Source: Collinsella sp. (GTDB lineage: Bacteria; Actinomycetota; Coriobacteriia; Coriobacteriales; Coriobacteriaceae). From it: DNA of 64,000 bases. Position numbers and translations under genes: made by a program. This document shows, piece after piece, positions 35,260 to 46,266 of this stretch; position 1 is the first letter of the stretch, and each line of letters opens with the position of its first letter. Below the pieces are notes generated by a model. The model was not told where the DNA came from. It worked only from the letters and a program-made list of their open reading frames with translations, and did no database searches. The stretch lies in NCBI GenBank assembly GCA_048416615.1, contig DBFSET010000008.1, forward strand, positions 48,206 to 112,205. The letters run 5' to 3'.

Positions 35260-36589
35260 AGAGATGCCCCATCAGATCGGTGTGGTACATGCCCGACAAG
35301 AACTCGTCGTTTGCCAGCACGTCGAGCTGAAGCTCGCTGTTTTCGCTCACGCCCTCAATCACGAGCTCGCCCAGGGCCGAGCGCATCTTGCGAATGGCGC
35401 CGTCACGCGTGGGCGCACACACGATGAGCTTGCCGAGCATGGAGTCGTAGTACGGCGGAACTTTCGCACCGGTAAACATGGCGGAATCCCAGCGCACGCG
35501 CGGACCACCCGGCACACGCAACGCGGTGACCGTTCCGCATGACGGCAGAAAGTCCGGCGTTTCGGCATTGATGCGGCACTCCATGGCGTGGTTGCGGACC
35601 GGCATGTCCTCCTGCTCAAAGGGCAGAGGCTGGCCGGCTGCCACGCGCAGCTGCCACTTGACCAAGTCGGTATCGGTCACAAACTCTGTAACCGGATGCT
35701 CCACCTGCAAGCGCGTGTTCATTTCCATAAAGTAGAAATTGCCGTCGTCCGAATACAGAAACTCGATGGTACCGGCTCCTTCGTAGCCGACGGCACGAGC
35801 CAGGTCACGCGCTGCCTTGTGCATGCGAGCACGAATGTCGTTGTGTCCGTCGAGGCACGGCGCGGGACTCTCTTCGATCAGCTTTTGGTTGCGACGCTGG
35901 ACCGAGCACTCGCGCTCGCCGAGCGAAAATACATGGCCCTGCTTATCGGCCATAATCTGCACCTCAACGTGGTGCGCCGGCGCGACGAACTTCTCCATGT
36001 AGCACTCGCCGTCGCCAAAAACGGCCTCGCCCTCGGCACGCGCCTCGATGAACGCCTTTGCCGCATCTTCCACGCGCTCGACCTTGCGAATGCCGCGACC
36101 GCCACCGCCCGCGCGCGCCTTAATGAGCACGGGACAGCCAATGCGCTCGGCCTCGGCCGTCGCCTCCTCGGGACTTTTGAGCAAATCGCAGCCCGGCACG
36201 ATGGGCACGCCCGCCGCGGCAGCCGTTCGGCGTGCGGCGTCCTTGTCGCCCATGCTGTCGATCACCTCGGCCGAAGGACCGACAAAAGCCAGGCCATACT
36301 TGTCGCAGTCGCGTACAAAGCTCGCCTTCTCGGAAAAGAAGCCATAGCCGGGATGAATTGCCTTAACTCCCGACTTTACGGCACAGGTGAGCACAGCATC
36401 GTCGTTGAGGTAGCTCTCGGCAAGACGCGGACCGCCGATGCAATACGCCTCGTCGGCAAGCTGCACGTGCAGCGCGTCCGCATCGGCCGTGGAATAAACG
36501 GCGACGGTCTTGATGCCCATATCGCGGCACGCGCGGATAACACGGACCGCGACTTCGCCGCGGTTGGCGATGAGCACTTTGTCGAACAT
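35246..36589 (-). CDS. accC: acetyl-CoA carboxylase biotin carboxylase subunit
   Basis: The ORF track extends to 36808. The conserved N-terminus MFDKVLIANRGEVAVRVIRACRDMGI is Met74, with an AAGGAAGG RBS. Confidence 0.96.
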   Translation of the reverse strand: MFDKVLIANRGEVAVRVIRACRDMGIKTVAVYSTADADALHVQLADEAYCIGGPRLAESYLNDDAVLTCAVKSGVKAIHPGYGFFSEKASFVRDCDKYGLAFVGPSAEVIDSMGDKDAARRTAAAAGVPIVPGCDLLKSPEEATAEAERIGCPVLIKARAGGGGRGIRKVERVEDAAKAFIEARAEGEAVFGDGECYMEKFVAPAHHVEVQIMADKQGHVFSLGERECSVQRRNQKLIEESPAPCLDGHNDIRARMHKAARDLARAVGYEGAGTIEFLYSDDGNFYFMEMNTRLQVEHPVTEFVTDTDLVKWQLRVAAGQPLPFEQEDMPVRNHAMECRINAETPDFLPSCGTVTALRVPGGPRVRWDSAMFTGAKVPPYYDSMLGKLIVCAPTRDGAIRKMRSALGELVIEGVSENSELQLDVLANDEFLSGMYHTDLMGHLYADE

Positions 36590-36599
36590 GAAGCCTTCC

Positions 36600-37031
36600 T
36601 TAACTTTCGTGCATGAGTGCAAAAGACATGTCGGCGCGGCAACAGACCTCACCGTTGACGCTTGCAGTACCCGTCGCAAAGCGGAACGGCCCGCGCGCAC
36701 GCGTGATGGAGCACACCAGATCCACCGTATCGCCCGGGCGCACCGGACGCTTAAAGCGCACCTTGTCCAGACTCGTGTAGAACGGCGTCGCGCCGCGCGC
36801 CTCCTCATCGCCCATCAGCAGCACGCAGCAGTTTTGGGCGAGCATCTCGCACTGGATCACGCCGGGGACCACCGGGTTTCCCGGAAAATGCCCCTGCAAA
36901 AAGTATTCGTCGCCCGTAATCGTGATCTTGCCGTGGGCCTCGTCGCCCACCAGCTCGGCTTCGTCGAGCAAAAGCATCGGCTCGCGATGCGGTAACAGCT
37001 TCTTGAGCTCTTCTTTGTTCATGGATATCAC
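36600..37031 (-). CDS. fabZ: 3-hydroxyacyl-ACP dehydratase FabZ
   Basis: LLPHREPMLLLDE...GHFPGNPVVPGVIQCEMLAQ. Confidence 0.95.
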   Translation of the reverse strand: MISMNKEELKKLLPHREPMLLLDEAELVGDEAHGKITITGDEYFLQGHFPGNPVVPGVIQCEMLAQNCCVLLMGDEEARGATPFYTSLDKVRFKRPVRPGDTVDLVCSITRARGPFRFATGTASVNGEVCCRADMSFALMHES

Positions 37032-37505
37032 CTATCCGATCCTCATGAGGCAGCTGCCGAACTCCACGAGGTCGCCGTCGGCCACGCAGATCTCGAGCAC
37101 CTCGCCGTCTGCCTCGGCCGTCACCTCGTTGAGAACCTTCATGGCCTCGATAATGCAGAGGGTCTCGCCGGCCTTGACCTTAGAGCCCACGTGCACAAAC
37201 GGCTCGTCGCCCGGCGCCGGGGCAGCATAGAAAACGCCGACCATGGGAGCGGTCACCTCGGTGCCCTTGGGCTCCGGTGCGGCGGCAGGTGTCTGCGCGG
37301 CGGGCTCCGGTGCGGCAGGCGCGACTGTGGGAGCTGCAACTGGAGCGGCCATAGCGCTCGGCATGGGCATGGGCACGGCAACCGGCTGTGCGGCGCTCGC
37401 GCGCTCGAGTTCGACCGCGGTGCCATCGGGCTCCTCAACGCGCACGCGCGTGAGGCCGCGGTCCTCCATAACATCGGCTATCTCGGCAAGTCTTTTGGAA
37501 TCCAT
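37032..37505 (-). CDS. accB: acetyl-CoA carboxylase biotin carboxyl carrier protein
   Basis: Ala/Pro-rich linker and biotinylation motif CIIEAMKVLNEV. Confidence 0.95.
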   Translation of the reverse strand: MDSKRLAEIADVMEDRGLTRVRVEEPDGTAVELERASAAQPVAVPMPMPSAMAAPVAAPTVAPAAPEPAAQTPAAAPEPKGTEVTAPMVGVFYAAPAPGDEPFVHVGSKVKAGETLCIIEAMKVLNEVTAEADGEVLEICVADGDLVEFGSCLMRIG

Positions 37506-37508
37506 GCT

Positions 37509-38756
37509 CTAGCTCCTCGTATATCTACGCAGCGCGATGGCGGCGTTGTGCCCGCCAAAGCCTAGGTTGGTCGAAAGCGCCCAGGTAAGGTCGGCGCGAA
37601 CTGCGCGATTGGGCGTGTAGTCAAGATCGCAGGCGGGATCGGGCGTGCGGTAGTTAATGGTCGGCGGCACCACGCCCTGCTCGAGCGCCATGGCGCAGGC
37701 CATGACCTCGATGGCGCCCGTGGCACCGATCATGTGGCCGGTCATCGACTTAGTCGACGAGACGTGCGCGGCGCGCGCCGCGTCCTCGCCGAGCGCACGC
37801 TTAATGCCCGCCGTCTCGGACGAATCGTTGAGCTTGGTCGAGGTGCCGTGGGCATTGATGTAGAGACCCTCGGAAGGCCTGACGTCGCCCTCGGTCACCG
37901 CCAGCGATATCGCGCGGGCAATGCCGGCAGCCTCGGGATCAGGACTCGTGATGTGATAGGCATCATCGGTGTTGCCGTAGCCCACGACCTCGGCATAAAT
38001 GTGCGCACCGCGCGCCTGCGCATGTTCCATGCTCTCGAGCACGAGCACGCAGGCGCCCTCGCCCATCACAAAGCCGTCGCGGTCTGCATCGAACGGACGG
38101 CAGGCCGTCGCGGGATCGGGGTTGGTGGTCAATGCACGGCAGGACGTAAAGCCCGCAACGGCATCGGGGATAATTGCAGCCTCGGCGCCGCCCGCGAGGA
38201 TCGCGTCGGCATAGCCGTGCTTGATGGCGCGGAACGCCTCGCCCACCGCATGGGCCGAGGTTGCGCACGCGGTCACCACGGGCAGGGTCGGGCCCTTTGC
38301 CTTGTGGCGGATTGCGATATTGCCCGATGCCATGTTGGGGATCATCATCGCGATCATATAGGGCGATGCGCGGCGGGGCCCACGTTCGGCAATCGTATGG
38401 ACGTTGTCGACGAGCGTCGTCATGCCGCCCACGCCCGAGCCCACGTAGACGCCCAGGCGCTCTCGATCGATGGCGCCTTCGACATCAAAGCCCGCATCGC
38501 GCATGGCCTCGTCCGAAGCCGCCATCGCAAACTGAACGCAGGGGTCCAGATGCTTTGCATCACGCTTGCCAAAGTACTCGTTGCCGTCAAAGCCCTTGAC
38601 CTCGGCCGCTACCTTGACGGCAAACGCATCGGTATCGAAGTGCGTAATCGGGCCGATGCCGCACGTGCCAGCGCACATTGCCGCCCAGGTGGCAAGCGCG
38701 GTGTTGCCGAGCGGCGATACGGCACCTATGCCGGTGATTGCAACTCTCTGTTCCAT
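37509..38756 (-). CDS. fabF: beta-ketoacyl-ACP synthase II
   Basis: MEQRVAITGIGAVSPLGN...; active-site region ACATSAHAVGEA; C-terminal GFGGHNAAI. The ORF-track TTG start at 38774 is less likely than ATG 38756 (GAGGAG 6 nt upstream). Confidence 0.95.
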   Translation of the reverse strand: MEQRVAITGIGAVSPLGNTALATWAAMCAGTCGIGPITHFDTDAFAVKVAAEVKGFDGNEYFGKRDAKHLDPCVQFAMAASDEAMRDAGFDVEGAIDRERLGVYVGSGVGGMTTLVDNVHTIAERGPRRASPYMIAMMIPNMASGNIAIRHKAKGPTLPVVTACATSAHAVGEAFRAIKHGYADAILAGGAEAAIIPDAVAGFTSCRALTTNPDPATACRPFDADRDGFVMGEGACVLVLESMEHAQARGAHIYAEVVGYGNTDDAYHITSPDPEAAGIARAISLAVTEGDVRPSEGLYINAHGTSTKLNDSSETAGIKRALGEDAARAAHVSSTKSMTGHMIGATGAIEVMACAMALEQGVVPPTINYRTPDPACDLDYTPNRAVRADLTWALSTNLGFGGHNAAIALRRYTRS

Positions 38757-38795
38757 CATGGTCTCCTCATCCAAGCCGTTCTTCGGCCCTGGTTT

Positions 38796-39569
38796 CTACA
38801 TCGCCATTCCGCCGTCGACGCGTATGACTTCGCCCGTAATGTAGGCAGCCGCATCGCTCACTAAAAATCGCACCACACCGGCCACCTCTTCGGGCTGCGC
38901 CATACGCTTAAGGGGAATCTGCTCCTCGGTTACCGTACACACCTTCTCCGAGAGCTTTGCCGTCATATCTGTCTCGACAAACCCGGGGGCGACCGCGTTC
39001 ACTCGTACACCGCGGGGCGCAAGCTCGCGCGCCACCGCCTTGGTCAGGCCGATCACGCCCGCCTTGGAGGCAGCGTAGTTGGCCTGCCCGGCATTGCCCA
39101 TCAGGCCCACAACCGAGCTCATGTTGACGACGCAGCCGCCGCGCTGGCGCATAAAGGTCTTGGTGAGCGCACGCGTCGTGTTAAACGTTCCTTTAAGATT
39201 GACATCGAGCACGCGATCGAAGGCGTCATCGCCCATGCGCATGAGCAGGCCATCGCGGGTGATGCCAGCGTTGTTGACGAGCGCCCAAATGGAGCCAAAG
39301 TCGTTGAGGACCGCTTCCACGCACGCGTTGACGGCAGCGGGGTCGGCCACGTCACATTGATATGAGCGCGCCGTGGCGCCAGCCGCCTCGCAGGCGTCGC
39401 ACGTCTCGCGCGCCGCATCGACGCTGCCGGCATAGACGACGGCGATATCGTAGCCATCCTCCGCCAGACCGATAGCGCAGGCGCGGCCGATACCCCGCGA
39501 GCCGCCCGTGACCAGTGCCACGCGACGTGAGTCGTTGCGCTCGAGCGCGCCATTGTTCAAGTTGCCCAT
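38796..39569 (-). CDS. fabG: 3-oxoacyl-ACP reductase
   Basis: SDR fold VALVTGGSRGIG...YAASKAGVIGLTKAVARE; position in the fab cluster. Confidence 0.93.
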   Translation of the reverse strand: MGNLNNGALERNDSRRVALVTGGSRGIGRACAIGLAEDGYDIAVVYAGSVDAARETCDACEAAGATARSYQCDVADPAAVNACVEAVLNDFGSIWALVNNAGITRDGLLMRMGDDAFDRVLDVNLKGTFNTTRALTKTFMRQRGGCVVNMSSVVGLMGNAGQANYAASKAGVIGLTKAVARELAPRGVRVNAVAPGFVETDMTAKLSEKVCTVTEEQIPLKRMAQPEEVAGVVRFLVSDAAAYITGEVIRVDGGMAM

Positions 39570-39599
39570 GTCATTCCTTTCGGGTTACAGCCCTGTGGA

Positions 39600-40526
39600 C
39601 TATGCGAGCTCGTCGGCAATAGCTGCGACCTGCTCGGCCGTCTCGCACGAATACACACGAACGTCGCTCAACGTACGCTTGATCAGGCCGGACAGCGTTT
39701 TGCCGGGGCCGACCTCAATAAATGTGTCGATGCCTTGATCCTGCAGAGCATGCAGCGTATCGACCCAGCGCACGGCATTGCTCACCTGATTGGCCAAGAC
39801 ATCCGATGCCGTCTGGGGGTCCGCCGGATAGGGCGCCGCTGTCATATTTGCCAAAACAGGAATGAGCAACGGGGACGGCGCGTGACCGGCCTCAAGATAT
39901 GCGGCAAGGCCACAGGTCGCCTCGGCCATATAGGGGCTATGAAATGCACCCGACACCGCGACCTTCATGGCGCGGCCGCCAGCCTCTTTTACTAGGACGT
40001 CGAGGGTCTGCAGCGCATCGGGCGCTCCGGCCACAACCGTCTGCTGGGGACTGTTGTAGTTGACCGGCCAGCAGTCCTCGCCGGCCTGCGCAGCCAGGTT
40101 CTCGACTTGCGCAGCATCAAGTTTGATGACGGCACGCATGCCGCCAGGGTGACGCTCGGCCGCCGTGGCCATCAATGCCGCGCGCTCACACACGAGCTCA
40201 AAACCCGCTCGCGTATCGAATGCCCCCGCAAAGCTGAGTGCAGCGACCTCGCCCAGCGAGAATCCCGCACAGGCGGCAGGCACCACGCCGCGCTCGCGCA
40301 GGGCGACGGCGACAGCCAAGTCGTGCACGAACACGCAAGGCTGCGTGTTCTCGGTCTGCGAGAGCTCCTCCTTGGAGGCGCTCCGGCACTGCTCGCTCGT
40401 CCCCGGGCGCACCTCGTCGGCAATGGCGAACACCTCGGCGGCCGCCGGCGATGTCTCGATCAAGTTGACGCCCATCGCGGGGTGCTGGGCACCCTGGCCG
40501 GCAAACAAAAACGCTACGCCACCCAT
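39600..40526 (-). CDS. fabD: malonyl CoA-ACP transacylase
   Basis: MGGVAFLFAGQGAQHPAMG...GFSLGEVAAL (GxSxG). ATG 40526 is preferred over GTG 40532. Confidence 0.94.
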   Translation of the reverse strand: MGGVAFLFAGQGAQHPAMGVNLIETSPAAAEVFAIADEVRPGTSEQCRSASKEELSQTENTQPCVFVHDLAVAVALRERGVVPAACAGFSLGEVAALSFAGAFDTRAGFELVCERAALMATAAERHPGGMRAVIKLDAAQVENLAAQAGEDCWPVNYNSPQQTVVAGAPDALQTLDVLVKEAGGRAMKVAVSGAFHSPYMAEATCGLAAYLEAGHAPSPLLIPVLANMTAAPYPADPQTASDVLANQVSNAVRWVDTLHALQDQGIDTFIEVGPGKTLSGLIKRTLSDVRVYSCETAEQVAAIADELA

Positions 40527-41458
40527 GCGCACGCACCCTTCAGGACGTGCTCGGCGCCATCGACCAGGTCGTCAACGATTTCGCGTGCGCTCTGGCGCTC
40601 GTTGACCATGCCGGCAATCTGTCCACACAAAAACGAACCCTCTTCGTAGTTGCCGTCCTTGGCGGCCTTACGCAGCGCACCGGTTCCCATAGCACCGAGC
40701 TCCTCGGCACTCGCGCCGGAACCCTCGCTCTTGGCATAGGCGTTGGTGAAGGGGCTCTTGAGGGCGCGCACTGGATGTCCCGTCGAGCGACCGGTCGCAC
40801 GCGTTGAAGTGTCGTTGGCCTTCAGGACCATCTCTTTGTACTGCTCCGAGACGGTGCACTCGTCTGCGACCAGAAAGCGCGTACCCACTTGCACGCCTTC
40901 GGCGCCCAGCATAAAGGCGGCCGCCACGCCGCGGCCGTCGGCAATACCGCCGGCGGCCACGACGGGAATGTCAACCGCATCGACGACCTGCGGCACCAGT
41001 GCCATCGTCGAGGTCTCGCCAATATGGCCGCCCGATTCGGTACCCTCGGCAACAACCGCCGTGGCTCCACGACGTGCCACGAGGCGCGCCAGCGCCACCG
41101 AGGCAACGACCGGGATGACCTTGATGCCCGCCTCGTTCCACGCCTTCATGTACTTGGCGGGATTGCCGGCGCCCGTCACGACGACCGGCACTCGCTCGTC
41201 AATCACGACCTGTGCAACCTCGTCGGCAAACGGGCTCATGAGCATGACGTTCACGCCAAAGGGCTTATCCGTCTTGGCGCGCAGCTCATGAATCTGGTCG
41301 CGAAGCCAGTTGGCGTCGGCGTTCATGGCCGCGATGATGCCTAAGCCACCCGCCTCGGACACTGCGGACGCCAGCGAGGCATCGGCAATCCAGGCCATAC
41401 CGCCCTGGAACACGGGCTTTTCGATGCCGAGCAGCTCACAGAGAGGAGTCTTGAGCAT
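40514..41458 (-). CDS. fabK: enoyl-ACP reductase II (FMN-dependent, nitronate monooxygenase fold)
   Basis: MLKTPLCELLGIEKPVFQGGMAWIADASLASAVSEAGGLGIIA; fab cluster position between acpP and fabD, as in streptococcal/clostridial clusters. Confidence 0.9.
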   Translation of the reverse strand: MLKTPLCELLGIEKPVFQGGMAWIADASLASAVSEAGGLGIIAAMNADANWLRDQIHELRAKTDKPFGVNVMLMSPFADEVAQVVIDERVPVVVTGAGNPAKYMKAWNEAGIKVIPVVASVALARLVARRGATAVVAEGTESGGHIGETSTMALVPQVVDAVDIPVVAAGGIADGRGVAAAFMLGAEGVQVGTRFLVADECTVSEQYKEMVLKANDTSTRATGRSTGHPVRALKSPFTNAYAKSEGSGASAEELGAMGTGALRKAAKDGNYEEGSFLCGQIAGMVNERQSAREIVDDLVDGAEHVLKGACAWVA

Positions 41459-41460
41459 CT

Positions 41461-41697
41461 CTACTTCTCCAATGCCGCCTCGACCGTATCGGCGAACTCG
41501 CCGACCGTCTTGGGGTTCTCCTCGGTATCGAGCTGGATGCCAAACTCGTCCTCGACGGCAACGAGGATCTCGACGGTGCCCAGGCTGTCGAGACCAATCT
41601 CCTCGAGCGTGGACTCGGGCTTCATCTCGACATCGTCAAGACCGGCGGTCTCGCGGATAACGTCGCAAACGCGCTCGAAGGTCTTCTGATCTGCCAT
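41461..41697 (-). CDS. acpP: acyl carrier protein
   Basis: 78 aa; phosphopantetheine site LGLDSLGTVEI. Confidence 0.96.
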   Translation of the reverse strand: MADQKTFERVCDVIRETAGLDDVEMKPESTLEEIGLDSLGTVEILVAVEDEFGIQLDTEENPKTVGEFADTVEAALEK

Positions 41698-41748
41698 GGT
41701 AGTTCTCCTTTGGTTGTGCCCTAGGGCGTTTTTATTTCCTATGTGCGA

Positions 41749-42708
41749 CTACTTCCAACGAAGCAGATAGCCACCTATATCCAGACCGGCGCCAAATCCA
41801 ACCAAGGCGATGGTGTCGCCTGTGTGAAGTGCACCGGCGTTTGCCAGCCGGTCGAGGGCAAGCGGAATGCATGCGCTCGAAATGTTGCCGGTCTCGCGCA
41901 ACGTGCGAACCACGCGCTCGTCCGGCACGCCCAGGCGCTTGACCGCCTGGCTCAGGATTCGCTCGTTAGCCTGATGGAATACAAAATGATCGATGTCTTC
42001 GACCAAAATGCCCGCATCGATCGCAAGCTTATGGACCGTGTCGCAGATGGCGTTGACGCCGAACTTGAACACGCGGCGGCCATTCATGGACAGCACGCTC
42101 GCGCTATCTGCGGAAGCCTTAAACGGCGAGGTACCGACCAGACCGGGAACGCGCAACGTCTCGACGTCGGGCGCCGTCGAAAGCTCAACGGCAAGGGGGT
42201 TGTCTCCCCCAGCTTCAATCACTGCGGCGCCTGCCCCATCGCCAAATAGCACGCAGGTGGCACGGTCGGTCCAGTCGAGCGCGCGCGTCATCTGCTCGGC
42301 AGCAACAACAAGCACGCGCTCGGCACGGCTGCGGGCGATATAGCCCTCGGCGACATCGAGCGCAAATACGAAGCCGGCACAAGCCGCCGAGACATCGAAG
42401 GCAGGGCACGTCGCGCCTAGTCGCTCAGCAACGGCACACGCCTCAGCGGGAACAAGGTGGTCACCCGTCGTCGTCGAGCAGACGATCAGATCCAGCTGGC
42501 TCGCGTCGATTCCGGACACCTGGAGTGCCCGCTCGCTCGCCGCTACCGCAAGGTCGTCAAGTGACTCGGTGGTGCAGACGTGGCGGCTCTTGATACCTGT
42601 GCGAGTAAAAATCCACTCATCCGAGGTATCGAGGAACTCAGACAGCTCGTCATTGGAAACACTGCGCTCAGGAAGTGCCGAACCTGTTCCAAGAATCGTG
42701 AAACCCAT
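41749..42708 (-). CDS. fabH: beta-ketoacyl-ACP synthase III
   Basis: The ORF track extends to 42765. Met20 (MGFTILGTGSALPERSVSN) has AAAGGAGG 6 nt upstream. Active-site region DVSAACAGF. Confidence 0.95.
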   Translation of the reverse strand: MGFTILGTGSALPERSVSNDELSEFLDTSDEWIFTRTGIKSRHVCTTESLDDLAVAASERALQVSGIDASQLDLIVCSTTTGDHLVPAEACAVAERLGATCPAFDVSAACAGFVFALDVAEGYIARSRAERVLVVAAEQMTRALDWTDRATCVLFGDGAGAAVIEAGGDNPLAVELSTAPDVETLRVPGLVGTSPFKASADSASVLSMNGRRVFKFGVNAICDTVHKLAIDAGILVEDIDHFVFHQANERILSQAVKRLGVPDERVVRTLRETGNISSACIPLALDRLANAGALHTGDTIALVGFGAGLDIGGYLLRWK

Positions 42709-42884
42709 CACTAACCTCCTTTGAGTTGTTGACGTGTTTACATCGACCAAGAGAGGATAACGCATTTCAGTCTTTGTTGACGTGTTAACATTAAATTGTC
42801 CAAATGCGACAAAGGCTTCACATTGTGTCTATCTCTCGACACCATTGCGTCATTCACTTATTCAATAAGGAGGTAGCAGCCGCT

Positions 42885-43661
42885 ATGGATGCCCAATTAA
42901 CGATTGTCGACGTAACCGGATCGACCAACGATGACCTGCTCGAGGCAGGAAAACAGGGTGCGCCGCACGGCACAGGACTTGCCGCCCGCGCGCAAACGGC
43001 AGGACGCGGCCGGCGCGGCCACAAGTGGGATTCAACCGCCGGCAACCTATTGCTTTCGATTGTCCTGCGTCCATGCGTTAATCCCGCAAAGTACTCTGGT
43101 CTTGCCGCCGTCAGCGGCCTAGCGGTGCTCGAAGCACTCGAAAAGCAGGGTCTTGCAAACGAGATTGGCCTCAAATGGCCCAACGACCTGGTCGCGCGAG
43201 GACGCAAGCTCGGCGGCATTCTGGTCGAGGCCGCACGCGATAACGAAGGCAAACCTTTCGCCGTCTGCGGCATTGGTGTCAACGTAAACTACACGCCCCA
43301 AGAGGTGCCCGATGGCGGCCTGGCGGCAATTGGCCTCTCGGACCTCAACGAGAGCGTTCCCGCCGTCGACATGCTCCTCGATGAGGTCTATCACGCAGTT
43401 ATAGACGCTGTAGATACCTGGGCAGAGCGCCTCAACGCCATGGAAGAAAACGCCGGTCCGCTCGCGCCCGTCCACGACGAATATATCGCTCACCTCAATT
43501 GGATCGGGAAGCACGTTATCGCCCGCTCCCCCGCTGGAGACGAGCTGGCACGAGGCATATTTAGAACGGTCGACGATTGCGGCCGCGCATGCATTGAGAC
43601 CGAGAGCGGCTTGTGCGTCTTCCACTTCGAAGAAGCATCCTTGCGCCCCCTGAGCGAATAG
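42885..43661 (+). CDS. birA: biotin--[acetyl-CoA-carboxylase] ligase (no N-terminal HTH)
   Basis: Start at Met28 (AAGGAGG RBS). GRGRRGHKWDS (GRGRxGRxW-type biotin-binding loop) and LKWPNDL. Confidence 0.92.
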   Translation: MDAQLTIVDVTGSTNDDLLEAGKQGAPHGTGLAARAQTAGRGRRGHKWDSTAGNLLLSIVLRPCVNPAKYSGLAAVSGLAVLEALEKQGLANEIGLKWPNDLVARGRKLGGILVEAARDNEGKPFAVCGIGVNVNYTPQEVPDGGLAAIGLSDLNESVPAVDMLLDEVYHAVIDAVDTWAERLNAMEENAGPLAPVHDEYIAHLNWIGKHVIARSPAGDELARGIFRTVDDCGRACIETESGLCVFHFEEASLRPLSE

Positions 43662-43711
43662 GGCGCCGCAGCCGCCGGCTCGGCAGACGAATTCGCTATC
43701 CCAAAATCTAA

Positions 43712-43756
43712 ACTCAAAACAAAAGGGCCCCGCTACCGTAACGGCAGCGGGGCCCT
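43712..43756 (-). terminator. intrinsic terminator after rpsJ (also closes birA on the other strand)
   Basis: Minus-strand GGGCCCCGCT-gccgttacggt-AGCGGGGCCC followed by TTTTGTTTTG. Confidence 0.85.
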
Positions 43757-43777
43757 TTAAGCTATGAGCGATATCGC

Positions 43778-44086
43778 TTAGAGCTTGATGTCGATGTCGA
43801 CGCCAGCGGGGAGGTCGAGACGCATGAGCGAATCAACGGTGCCCGAGGTGGGGTCGAGGATGTCGATGAGGCGCTTGTGGGTGCGCATCTCGAACTGCTC
43901 ACGGGAGTCCTTGTTCACGTGCGGCGAGCGGATAACCGTGTACAGGTTGCGCTCGGTGGGCAGGGGGACAGGACCGGAAACGCGAGCGCCGGTCTTCTGA
44001 GCGGTCTCGACGATGAGCTTCGCGGACTGATCGACGACCTCGTGATCATAGCCCTTGAGGCGAATGCGGATCTTCTGGGTAGCCAA
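43778..44086 (-). CDS. rpsJ: 30S ribosomal protein S10
   Basis: [29 protein letters not shown]... Confidence 0.98.
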   Translation of the reverse strand: MATQKIRIRLKGYDHEVVDQSAKLIVETAQKTGARVSGPVPLPTERNLYTVIRSPHVNKDSREQFEMRTHKRLIDILDPTSGTVDSLMRLDLPAGVDIDIKL

Positions 44087-44147
44087 CTTAAACCTCCAAA
44101 GAGTGCGAGAGATGTTCTCGCAGGATTACGTAACAGGGAGCTCGAAC

Positions 44148-46247
44148 TTAGGCGTTCTTGCTCATGACCTCGTCCACGATGGACTTGGGCGCAGGCTCAT
44201 AAGAGTCGAACTGCATCGTGTAGGATGCACGGCCCTGGGTCTGGGAGCGAAGGTCGGTAGCGTAACCGAACATCTCGCCCAGCGGCACCTTGGCACGGAT
44301 GAGCTTGCTGTTCTTACGATCCTCCATGCCCTCGATCTTGCCGCGGCGACCGGAGAGGTTGCCCATAACGTCGCCCATGTACTGCTCGGGGGTCTCGACC
44401 TCGACAGCCATGATCGGCTCGAGCAGCTGCGGATCGGACTTCTTGAGGGCGTCCTTGATAGCCATGGAACCGGCGATCTTGAAGGCGGCCTCGGAGGAGT
44501 CGACCTCGTGGTAAGAACCGTCGAACAGGGTGACCTTAACGTCGAGGACCGGGAAGCCGGCGATAACACCGGTGTTCAGGGCCTCCTGGATGCCCTTGTC
44601 GATGGACGGGATGTACTCCTTGGGCACGACGCCGCCGACGATAGCGTTGACGAACTCGTAGCCGAAGCCCTCCTCCATCTTCTCGAGCTTGATGACGGCG
44701 TGGCCGTACTGACCGCGACCGCCGGACTGACGGACGAACTTGCCCTCAGCCTTCTCGACGTCGTGACCAGCGGTCTCGCGGTAGGCAACCTGGGGCTTAC
44801 CAACGTTAGCGTCAACCTTGAACTCGCGGAGCAGACGGTCGACGATGATCTCGAGGTGCAGCTCGCCCATGCCGGCGATGATGGTCTGGCCGGTCTCGTG
44901 GTTGGTGGACACCTGGAAGGTCGGGTCCTCCTCGGCGAGCTTGGTCAGAGCCAGGGACATCTTGTCCTGCTCGGCCTTGGTCTTGGGCTCGATGGCAACG
45001 TCGATAACGGGCTTAGCGAACTCAATCTTCTCGAGGACGATCTCCTTGCCCTCGGCGCACAGGGTGTCACCGGTGGTGGAGTTCTTGAAGCCGACGCAAG
45101 CGACGATGTCGCCGGCGGCAGCGTCGTCACGGTCGATACGCTCGGCGGCGTTCATCTCGAGGATGCGGCCGAGGCGCTCGCGCTGACCGTTGGAAGCGTT
45201 GACCACGTAGGAGCCGGACTCGGCACGGCCGGAGTAAACGCGGACATAGGTGAGCTTACCGACGAACGGGTCGGTCATGATCTTGAAGACCAGGCCGGAG
45301 AAGGGCTCGTCGAAGGAAGGATGACGCTGAATCTCCTCGCCGGTGTCCGGATCGGTACCGGTGACGGCCTCGACGTCGAGCGGGCTGGGCAGGTAGTCGA
45401 CGACAGCGTCGAGCAGCTCCTGGACGCCCTTGTTCTTGTAGGCGGAGCCCACGAAGACGAGGTTGAGCTCGTTGGCCAGAACGCCCTTGCGCAGAGCAGC
45501 CTTGAGCTCCTCGACGGTGAAGTCCTCCTCCATGAGGATCTTCTCCATGAGCTCATCGTCAAAGCTGGCAGCAGCATCGAGGAGCTCCTCGCGCTTGGTG
45601 GCAGCGATGTCGGCGAACTCAGCCGGGATCTCGTCCATCGGCTCGGGGTAGGTCATACCCTTCTCGTCGGCCTTGAAGTCCCATGCAGTCATGGTGACCA
45701 GGTCGATGACGCCCCAGAAGTTGTCCTCGGCGCCCATCGGGACCTGAGCGGCCACGGCGTTAGCGTCGAGACGATCCTTCATGGTCTCGATAGCGTTGAA
45801 GAAGTCAGCGCCCACGCGGTCATACTTGTTGATGAAGGCGATGCGGGGAACGTTGAAGGTAGAAGCCTGACGCCAAACGGTCTCAGACTGGGGCTGAACG
45901 CCGGCAACGGCGTCGAAGACGGCGACAGCGCCATCGAGGACGCGCAGGCAGCGCTCGACCTCGGCGGTGAAGTCAACGTGGCCCGGGGTGTCGATGATCT
46001 GGATGCGGTAGTCCTTACCGTCCTTGTTCCAGAAGCACGTGGTAGCAGCGGAGGTAATGGTTACGCCGCGCTCCTGCTCCTGAACCATCCAGTCCATGGT
46101 GGCAGCGCCCTCATGGACCTCACCGATCTTGTGGGTCTTACCGGTGTAGTAAAGAATACGCTCGGTCGTGGTGGTCTTACCGGCATCGATGTGGGCCATG
46201 ATGCCGATGTTACGGGTATCGGAAAGCTTGTACTTAGGCTTAGCCAT
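44148..46247 (-). CDS. fusA: translation elongation factor G
   Basis: [24 protein letters not shown]...[10 protein letters not shown]; 699 aa. Confidence 0.99.
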   Translation of the reverse strand: MAKPKYKLSDTRNIGIMAHIDAGKTTTTERILYYTGKTHKIGEVHEGAATMDWMVQEQERGVTITSAATTCFWNKDGKDYRIQIIDTPGHVDFTAEVERCLRVLDGAVAVFDAVAGVQPQSETVWRQASTFNVPRIAFINKYDRVGADFFNAIETMKDRLDANAVAAQVPMGAEDNFWGVIDLVTMTAWDFKADEKGMTYPEPMDEIPAEFADIAATKREELLDAAASFDDELMEKILMEEDFTVEELKAALRKGVLANELNLVFVGSAYKNKGVQELLDAVVDYLPSPLDVEAVTGTDPDTGEEIQRHPSFDEPFSGLVFKIMTDPFVGKLTYVRVYSGRAESGSYVVNASNGQRERLGRILEMNAAERIDRDDAAAGDIVACVGFKNSTTGDTLCAEGKEIVLEKIEFAKPVIDVAIEPKTKAEQDKMSLALTKLAEEDPTFQVSTNHETGQTIIAGMGELHLEIIVDRLLREFKVDANVGKPQVAYRETAGHDVEKAEGKFVRQSGGRGQYGHAVIKLEKMEEGFGYEFVNAIVGGVVPKEYIPSIDKGIQEALNTGVIAGFPVLDVKVTLFDGSYHEVDSSEAAFKIAGSMAIKDALKKSDPQLLEPIMAVEVETPEQYMGDVMGNLSGRRGKIEGMEDRKNSKLIRAKVPLGEMFGYATDLRSQTQGRASYTMQFDSYEPAPKSIVDEVMSKNA

Positions 46248-46266
46248 GTTAGTTCCTTACCTTAAC